From assembly GCA_025355725.1 (NCBI GenBank), contig JANXZC010000098.1:7467-71466 (forward strand): a DNA stretch of 64,000 nucleotides, written 5' to 3'. How positions within the stretch are numbered: position 1 is the stretch's first letter; each line of letters begins with the position of its first letter. Positions 57,895 to 64,000 of this stretch are shown piece by piece. This DNA comes from Syntrophus sp. (in: bacteria). Its GTDB lineage: Bacteria > Desulfobacterota > Syntrophia > Syntrophales > UBA8958. A model generated the notes under the pieces. That model saw only the letters and a program-made list of their open reading frames with translations. It searched no databases and was not told where the DNA came from. Made by a program: the position numbers and the translations under genes.

Positions 57895-58518
57895 ATGAAC
57901 AATTTTGAACAGCGGGCTCGCCAGCGAGGCTTTAACCTGATTGCGGGTATTGACGAGGCAGGAAGGGGGCCTCTGGCAGGTCCTGTTGTTGCCGCTGCCG
58001 TAGTTCTTCCTCAAAATTACCACCATCCGGATATCACGGATTCCAAAAAGCTCACTCCCCGGAAGCGGGAGGAGCTGTTCAAAGTCATCAGGGCAGATGC
58101 CCTTTCCATCGGGGTTGGTGTCATGGATGCGTCGATAATCGATGACATCAACATCCTTCAGGCGACCCTCAGCGCCATGAAGGAGGCGGTTGTCGATCTC
58201 GATATTTCCCCCGATTATCTCCTCGTGGATGGAATGCAGACCGTTCCCATCGATATTCCCCAGGAGGCGATTATCGGGGGAGACGGGCGGAGCATATCTA
58301 TTGCCGCGGCCTCGATTATTGCCAAGGTAAGCCGGGATCATATCATGGCGATGTATCATCGACAGTTTCCCTGTTACAATTTTCTCAAAAACAAGGGTTA
58401 TGGCACTCGGGAACACCGGCAGGCGATCAAAGACCACGGTCCCTGCAAGATTCATCGTCGCTCCTTCCGAATAAAAGAAGAACCACGCCAGGAAAATTAC
58501 GAATTAAACCTTAAATGA
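57895..58518 (+). CDS. rnhB: Ribonuclease HII
   Basis: [19 protein letters not shown] and DSKKL motifs. Confidence 0.93.
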   Translation: MNNFEQRARQRGFNLIAGIDEAGRGPLAGPVVAAAVVLPQNYHHPDITDSKKLTPRKREELFKVIRADALSIGVGVMDASIIDDINILQATLSAMKEAVVDLDISPDYLLVDGMQTVPIDIPQEAIIGGDGRSISIAAASIIAKVSRDHIMAMYHRQFPCYNFLKNKGYGTREHRQAIKDHGPCKIHRRSFRIKEEPRQENYELNLK

Positions 58519-58883
58519 CCAGGGAGAGAATAAGCACCGGAAAACTGGGGGAAGACATTGCCGCTGAATATCTTTCCGGGGTGGGCTATCAAATTGTCGA
58601 ACGCAATTTCCGCTGCCCCCTGGGAGAGATCGACATCGTGGCTCGCGATCACGAGACCCTTGTCTTTGTGGAAGTCCGCAGCCGCCGGACGGATAACTAC
58701 GGCAGCCCCCTGGAGAGTGTCGGGCTTGCCAAGCAGAAGAAAATCTCTATAGTCGCCGCCTATTATCTGAACCGCCATGGTTTGCAACAGATAAAGGCGC
58801 GCTTTGACGTCGTTGCCGTAAAACTGCTGCCATCACGCCCGGAAGTGGAACTTATCCGGGATGCCTTTGATCTGATTGCCTGA
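58515..58883 (+). CDS. YraN-family (UPF0102) endonuclease-like protein
   Basis: GEDIAAEYL...GEIDIVA...VFVEVR signature. It overlaps rnhB by 4 nt. Confidence 0.85.
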   Translation: MTRERISTGKLGEDIAAEYLSGVGYQIVERNFRCPLGEIDIVARDHETLVFVEVRSRRTDNYGSPLESVGLAKQKKISIVAAYYLNRHGLQQIKARFDVVAVKLLPSRPEVELIRDAFDLIA

Positions 58884-58917
58884 AGTTACTGTCAAATATT
58901 TTATAAGCTGACCGCAA

Positions 58918-59688
58918 TCACTTGGTGAACTGGGCGCCTAAGTGGACCATCTTCTCATAGACGATTTTGAAGGCCTTGGGCTCGATCTGAAGATTCCCGG
59001 AAAAGGGTGAGTCAAGTTCATAAATAAGGTAAATGGTAAAGACGATCATGCAGATCATCATGAAGTCGGAGATAAATTGAACCTTGGCCTGACCGGTGCT
59101 GGTAAAGAAAAGCCCGAAGAGGGAGAGGAAGCCGCCAAGGTAGATCAGTGCCCACATCTCTGTATATAGGCTGCCGTCAAGCAAGAGCAGGCGTTCCAAC
59201 CGGCGTTCCCCCATATCCGTTAACATAACGATGAGATTATTATAGGTGCTGAAATATTCCGGTGATTTTGGCCTGATGGCGTTCAGCTCGGACCACAGGC
59301 GGTCGTCAATGCTGTCCATTTTCGGATGGAAAACGCCCTTCTCCATCTCCTTCCACTCCTCATCCTTTACACTCTTGACATAGTCTTGCAACAAGTCCCG
59401 GAAGTGGCCGGAGTTAGGCAGTCCCGGGGACAGGCGATACATATTCAGGGCCAATTCCGCCTCTTTGGTCACGGTAGTTTCCGCATTTTGATAAATTCCC
59501 CACAGGGTAATCATGGAAAATCCGAGGATGAACGCATAGAGGGTAATAAAATAAGTAAGGTTCTGAGAAATGAGCTGGCGCAGATTTATATCCAAAGGAT
59601 GCCGCGCGTTTTTATTGATGTGATGAAGTAGAAACGGGATGGCAATGCATACCAGCGCCACAACGACATAGACCACCGTCGAACTCAT
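58918..59688 (-). CDS. Membrane protein of unknown function (DUF4239-like)
   Basis: Two N-terminal and two C-terminal TM helices flank a soluble helical region. The family assignment is tentative. Confidence 0.55.
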   Translation of the reverse strand: MSSTVVYVVVALVCIAIPFLLHHINKNARHPLDINLRQLISQNLTYFITLYAFILGFSMITLWGIYQNAETTVTKEAELALNMYRLSPGLPNSGHFRDLLQDYVKSVKDEEWKEMEKGVFHPKMDSIDDRLWSELNAIRPKSPEYFSTYNNLIVMLTDMGERRLERLLLLDGSLYTEMWALIYLGGFLSLFGLFFTSTGQAKVQFISDFMMICMIVFTIYLIYELDSPFSGNLQIEPKAFKIVYEKMVHLGAQFTK

Positions 59689-59777
59689 GTCTTCCGATCT
59701 CCTTTGTCCATAAATCTCCCCCTTCTAGATCTTGTTACGGCTGCATAGCACAGGGCAAACGAAATTGCCACGTTCTC

Positions 59778-60905
59778 TTAAAATATCAGCGCCAGTTGAT
59801 CCGCTACGGCAAGGCCTCGTGTGGTCGGAGAAATCCGCTCGTCGTTGACGACGATGAAACCGCGGTCAACAAGGGGCTGGATGATCGTATGTTGCTCCTT
59901 TAGCAGGTTTTCACCGAACTGAAGGCGAAAAGCGGCGAGATCGATTCCCCGGGCAGTGCGCAGGCTCATAAAAAGCGTCTCGAGGCGCAGGTCTTCCCTG
60001 CTGAGGGTTTCATCGCCCGCTACGGGGGCAGCAGTTCCCGCCGCAAGATCTTTCAGGTAGCCTTCGATACCCCGGTGATTCCACCAACGTCTACCTTCCT
60101 TAAATGAATGCGCCCCGGGACCAAGTCCCAGATAGGGGGTATGATCCCAGTATTTCTGATTATGACGGGACTTGCGGGAAGGACTTGAGGCATAGTTTGA
60201 TACCTCGTAGTGATGATAACCTGATCTTTCTAGATATGCGGATGTTTCCAGGAAAAAGGACAGCGACGCGTCCTCGTCGGGGATATCAAAGGAGCCGCGC
60301 TGATGACGCTGCCAGAGGGGCGTCTCTTCTTCAATGGCGAGTTGATAGGCAGACAGATGGGGCGGTGCAAGAGAAACGGCGCGTGCCAGGGATTCCCGCC
60401 AGGATTGCATATCCTGCCCCGGGATGCCGTAAATCAGATCCAAGCCAAAATTGTCGAAGCCGGCCCGGACAGTGTTTTCAAGGGCCGCGACGGCGTCTTC
60501 TGCCCGGTGCCTTCTTCCGAGAAAGGTCAATGCCTGGTCGGAGAAGGACTGAACTCCCATATGGAGACGATTGACGCCCAGATTTTTCAAGGATCGGTAC
60601 CAGGCAAGATCGCCGTCGGCAGGATTTACTTCGATGGTTATTTCAGCATTCGGGGGTATGTGAAAGTGCCTGTGAACCCCGGAAAGGATGACGTCAAGTT
60701 GTTGAATAGTCAGCAGCGATGGGGTCCCGCCGCCGATATAGATGGTATCGAAGGTGTCAAACTCGTCCGCATAAAGCTCCATCTCCCCGACGATGGATGC
60801 GATGACCACATCCACAGAAGTGAGATCTGTCGTAGAGTAAAAATGACAATAAGGACACTTGGTCCTGCAAAAGGGGATATGGATGTAGAGGCCGGGCAGG
60901 CTCAT
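59778..60905 (-). CDS. hemW: Radical SAM heme chaperone HemW / HemN-like protein
   Basis: YIHIPFCRTKCPYCHF CxxxCxxC motif and a HemN_C-like C-terminus. Confidence 0.88.
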   Translation of the reverse strand: MSLPGLYIHIPFCRTKCPYCHFYSTTDLTSVDVVIASIVGEMELYADEFDTFDTIYIGGGTPSLLTIQQLDVILSGVHRHFHIPPNAEITIEVNPADGDLAWYRSLKNLGVNRLHMGVQSFSDQALTFLGRRHRAEDAVAALENTVRAGFDNFGLDLIYGIPGQDMQSWRESLARAVSLAPPHLSAYQLAIEEETPLWQRHQRGSFDIPDEDASLSFFLETSAYLERSGYHHYEVSNYASSPSRKSRHNQKYWDHTPYLGLGPGAHSFKEGRRWWNHRGIEGYLKDLAAGTAAPVAGDETLSREDLRLETLFMSLRTARGIDLAAFRLQFGENLLKEQHTIIQPLVDRGFIVVNDERISPTTRGLAVADQLALIF

Positions 60906-60954
60906 TTTTGCCTGAAGACTTGTATTGATGGTGAGTCAATCCGTAGTGAATCAA

Positions 60955-62751
60955 TCAGTCCGTATCTGATTTCAAAACGGCAAGGAAGGCGCTCTGGGGG
61001 ATGCTCACGTTGCCGATCATCTTCATGCGCTTCTTGCCCTTCCGCTGTTTGTCCAGAAGCTTTCTCTTTCGGGAGATGTCGCCGCCATAACATTTGGCGG
61101 TAACGTCCTTGCGGAAGGCGGTAATCGTAGTACGGGCGATGATCTCGCCGCCGATGGCCGCCTGGAGGGCGATCTTGAACATCTGTTTCGGAATCTCTTC
61201 CTTGAGGCGTTCACATGACTGGAGACCGCAGGCGCGGGCCCGGTCGCGATGAACGATCTGGGAAAGGGCGTCCACCTTTTCGCCGTTGACGAGGATATCG
61301 ATGAGGACGAGGTTGCTGTCCCTGAAATCGATGAGTTCATAATCAAATGATCCGTATCCCTGGCTGACGGATTTGAAGCGGTCATAGAAGTCGTAAATGA
61401 CCTCGGAAAGGGGCATTTCATAAATCAATTCCGCCCTTCCCGGTCCTGGGTAACTGAGGGATGAATTCATGCCCCGCTTTTCCTGGCATAGCTTCATGAC
61501 GGCCCCGAGATAGCGTTCCGGCATCATCATGGCGGCCCTGATGTAGGGCTCTTCTCCCTTGGCGATGCTCATCTGGGGAGGATAATGAGAGGGGTTATCC
61601 ACATAGAGGACGGTACCATCCTTCAGGGTTAAACGGAAGCGGACGCTGGGGACGGAAAGAATAAGGGACTGATCGTATTCCCGCTCCAGGCGTTCCTGAA
61701 CGATGTCGAGATGCAGCAGGCCCAGGAAGCCGCAGCGGAACCCCTGTCCCAGGGCCACGGAGGCGTCTTTCTCATAGACGAAGGAGGCGTCGTTGAGCTT
61801 GTATTTTTCCAGAGCGACGGCGAGGTCCTCGTAGTCGTCGGAGGCAATAGGGTAGATGGAGGCAAAGACGACGGGCTTTACTTCCTTGAAGCCGGGGAGG
61901 GGCTTGTCACAGGGCCGGTTCTCCAGGGTGATCGTATCGCCGGTCCGGACATCGGAAATGGTCTTGACGCCGGCGATGATATAGCCCACTTCCCCCGCCG
62001 ACAACCGGTCCCGCTTCTGACGGGCAAGCAGAAAATGACCTACTTCCTCGACCTTATAGGTGGCCCCGCCGTACATGAAGCGGATAATGTCGCCGCTCTG
62101 CACCGTCCCGTCCATAATGCGGCAGTGGATGACGGTTCCCCGGAACGGGTCGTACTGGGCGTCGAAGATCAGGGCCGCCAGGGGCGCCCCGGGATTGCCC
62201 CGGGGGGGAGGAACCCTCTGGACGATGGCCTCCAGGATATCCTCGATCCCCGTTCCCTCCTTGGCCGAGCATTTAAGGTGGGTATCCGTGTCCAGCCCCA
62301 GTTCCGAGTCGATCTGTTCGATGACCCGCTCGACATCGGCGGAGGGGAGATCGATCTTGTTGATCACCGGGATGATTTCCAGGTCGTGTTCCATGGCCAG
62401 ATAAAGATTGGCCAGGGTCTGGGCCTGGACCCCCTGGGCCGCGTCGATGAGGAGGAGGACCCCCTCGCAGGAGGCCAGGGAGCGTGAGACTTCATAGCTG
62501 AAGTCCACATGGCCGGGGGTGTCGATGAGATTCAGGTTGTACGTCTTTTCGTCCCGGGCGGTATAAGGCAGGGAGATGGCCTGGCTCTTGATCGTGATCC
62601 CCCGTTCACGCTCGATGTCCATATTATCGAGGATCTGATCCTGGAAATTACGGATATCGCAGACGCCGGTATGCTGGATGAGCCTATCCGCCAGGGTTGA
62701 TTTCCCGTGGTCGATGTGGGCAATAATGCTGAAATTACGTATATAATCCAT
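60955..62751 (-). CDS. lepA: Elongation factor 4
   Basis: [28 protein letters not shown] and NKID motifs plus the LepA C-terminal domain. The upstream in-frame ATG lies inside the adk terminator hairpin and was rejected. Confidence 0.95.
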   Translation of the reverse strand: MDYIRNFSIIAHIDHGKSTLADRLIQHTGVCDIRNFQDQILDNMDIERERGITIKSQAISLPYTARDEKTYNLNLIDTPGHVDFSYEVSRSLASCEGVLLLIDAAQGVQAQTLANLYLAMEHDLEIIPVINKIDLPSADVERVIEQIDSELGLDTDTHLKCSAKEGTGIEDILEAIVQRVPPPRGNPGAPLAALIFDAQYDPFRGTVIHCRIMDGTVQSGDIIRFMYGGATYKVEEVGHFLLARQKRDRLSAGEVGYIIAGVKTISDVRTGDTITLENRPCDKPLPGFKEVKPVVFASIYPIASDDYEDLAVALEKYKLNDASFVYEKDASVALGQGFRCGFLGLLHLDIVQERLEREYDQSLILSVPSVRFRLTLKDGTVLYVDNPSHYPPQMSIAKGEEPYIRAAMMMPERYLGAVMKLCQEKRGMNSSLSYPGPGRAELIYEMPLSEVIYDFYDRFKSVSQGYGSFDYELIDFRDSNLVLIDILVNGEKVDALSQIVHRDRARACGLQSCERLKEEIPKQMFKIALQAAIGGEIIARTTITAFRKDVTAKCYGGDISRKRKLLDKQRKGKKRMKMIGNVSIPQSAFLAVLKSDTD

Positions 62752-62766
62752 GTTTCTCAATATAAA

Positions 62767-62793
62767 GAGCCCTCCCATAAAAAGGGAGGGCTC
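62767..62793 (-). terminator. Terminator hairpin after adk, 16 nt upstream of lepA
   Basis: 10-bp stem gagccctccc/gggagggctc with a 7-nt loop, followed on the minus strand by tttatatt. Confidence 0.6.
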
Positions 62794-62841
62794 AGTGATC
62801 AGTTAATTGCCCGTGAACCTCTATCAAATCCCTCCCTCTCA

Positions 62842-62866
62842 GGGGGAGGGGTAGGGTGGGGGTGGG
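62842..62866 (+). other. G-quadruplex-capable motif
   Basis: GGGGG-a-GGGG-ta-GGG-t-GGGGG-t-GGG: five G-runs of at least 3 with 1-2 nt loops. Confidence 0.4.
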
Positions 62867-62909
62867 CCGGAAGTTATCCTTCCGAGCCGCCTATATATGC
62901 CTTCCTAGT

Positions 62910-63584
62910 CTATCCCAGCTTCTTAAGGATATCTTCGGAGACCTCTTTGACGCCCGCTACGCCGCTGACTTCAATAACCTTGACCCGCTCCTTGAAGTAA
63001 TTGACTCCGGCCAGGGTGCCCGTCTTGGTGTCGTAATAGATGTTATGCCGTTTGTCGATGGCCCCTTCATCCTGGTCGTCGGCCCGGGCGGTCAGGGTCT
63101 CGCAGCCGCAGACGCGACAAACCATCTTGCCGTCTTTTTCCGCCGGTTTGATGGCTTCGATAAAGATGTTGTTCGGATGGTTGTTGTCCACCGCGCACAG
63201 CCGCCGGCCCATGATGCGGTTTTTCGATGTCTGACGGTCGAGGAGGATCTCGATTACATAATCGAGGGTAATCTTCTCTTTGGTCAGGGCGTTCCATAGC
63301 GCCTCAGCCTGGACGAGGTTTCTGGGGAAGCCATCCAGGAGCCATCCCTTGGCGCAATCCGCTTCTTTGAGGCGGTTGAGGATCATGGGTACGGTGATAT
63401 CATCGGGAACAAGCTCACCGCGATCAATATATTCCTTTGCTTTTTTACCGAGATCCGTGCCTTTCTTAATGTTATCTCTGAAGATAACACCGGTCTCGAT
63501 ATGGGGGACGCCGTACTTCTTCTGGACGATCGCGCCCTGGGTACCTTTACCGCTTCCATTGGGTCCAAAAATCAAAATATTCAT
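62910..63584 (-). CDS. adk: Adenylate kinase (long lid with Cys motif)
   Basis: GPNGSGKGTQG P-loop and a CRVCGCE-containing lid. Confidence 0.95.
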   Translation of the reverse strand: MNILIFGPNGSGKGTQGAIVQKKYGVPHIETGVIFRDNIKKGTDLGKKAKEYIDRGELVPDDITVPMILNRLKEADCAKGWLLDGFPRNLVQAEALWNALTKEKITLDYVIEILLDRQTSKNRIMGRRLCAVDNNHPNNIFIEAIKPAEKDGKMVCRVCGCETLTARADDQDEGAIDKRHNIYYDTKTGTLAGVNYFKERVKVIEVSGVAGVKEVSEDILKKLG

Positions 63585-63700
63585 GCTGACGAACTCCTTT
63601 CAGGATTCTTTGTGAAAAGTCGGCTCCTTATAATGGATTCTTCCGGTTTTAGCAATTAAAAAAATGGTCACGACTCACGGTCATGAGAGTTTCAGTGGCC

Positions 63701-63898
63701 TCAAGAGGGAGGACAACTTGTGGCGGCGCAGGAACCGCAGCCGGAGCCGGACTTGCCGCCGGCAAAGGCGGACATCATCTTCCGTGTCTTTTTCGATTTG
63801 CATTCCGGGCAGGGAACTACTTCCTCCTTGTCGGAGGAAAAGAAAATCTTTTCAAATTCCAGACCGCATTTTTTACATTTGAATTCATAGATGGGCAT
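63701..63898 (-). CDS. FmdB-family zinc-ribbon protein
   Basis: MPIYEFKCKKCG...CPECKS CxxC pairs and a Gly/Ser/Cys tail. SD aaggagg. Confidence 0.8.
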   Translation of the reverse strand: MPIYEFKCKKCGLEFEKIFFSSDKEEVVPCPECKSKKTRKMMSAFAGGKSGSGCGSCAATSCPPS

Positions 63899-64000
63899 CT
63901 TGTGGCGCCTCCTTGTTCGCCCTCAATGTAAAGATACCCGACGGAAAAGTCAAGGTTCTCAAAAACGAAGTGTCAAGAGCGAAGCCTTGAAAACAGGTTC

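Noticed and set aside
62752-62778. Upstream in-frame ATG (62778) as the lepA start
   Set aside because: That ATG lies in the loop of the adk terminator hairpin and adds nine non-conserved residues. ATG 62751 gives the canonical MDYIRNFSIIAHIDHGKST N-terminus.

Overview
About 50% GC, densely coded chromosomal DNA. By gene content (inference) it comes from an anaerobic, sigma-54-rich deltaproteobacterium of the fatty-acid-oxidising syntroph type (Syntrophus/Smithella-like). I saw no rRNA, tRNA, CRISPR array, transposase or prophage gene. Left to right: a beta-oxidation/butyrate operon (two thiolases, hbd, crotonase, long and short acyl-CoA dehydrogenases, with a decayed ACAD fragment between the last two); apgM; a GAF-HD-GYP protein; a minus-strand LysM / PP-loop ATPase / family-III CoA-transferase operon; another ACAD; an HD hydrolase, TPR lipoprotein and GerMN protein; an EF-G paralog, K+ channel, cNMP-binding protein and double-GAF sigma-54 activator; ychF, spmAB, a hydrolase and an OMP; atpZ-atpI-atpB with atpE unlinked 10 kb away; GDP-fucose and UDP-sugar-acid genes; hemL and an ahb-like gene; a MinD-like / J-like-HTH / SPOR triad; arfB-like; a four-subunit 2-oxoacid:ferredoxin oxidoreductase with an ACT protein and a NusG paralog; ribD, a sugar nucleotidyltransferase, pilD and argS; the ffh-rpsP-rimM-trmD-rplS-rnhB-yraN block; hemW, lepA, adk and fmdB. 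I found no obvious novel multi-gene system. The best leads are non-coding or small. First, a complete sigma-54 module (tandem dyad sites plus a -24/-12 promoter) drives an orphan acidic 70-codon ORF or ~400-nt RNA ending in twin hairpins with CCCUCCUUU loops. Second, the argS leader has a uORF spanning an intrinsic terminator. Third, there is a 125-bp nested palindromic REP/MITE-like element. Fourth, there is an inverted-repeat-bounded GA-rich module. All functional calls rest on motif recognition by eye; no database search was run.
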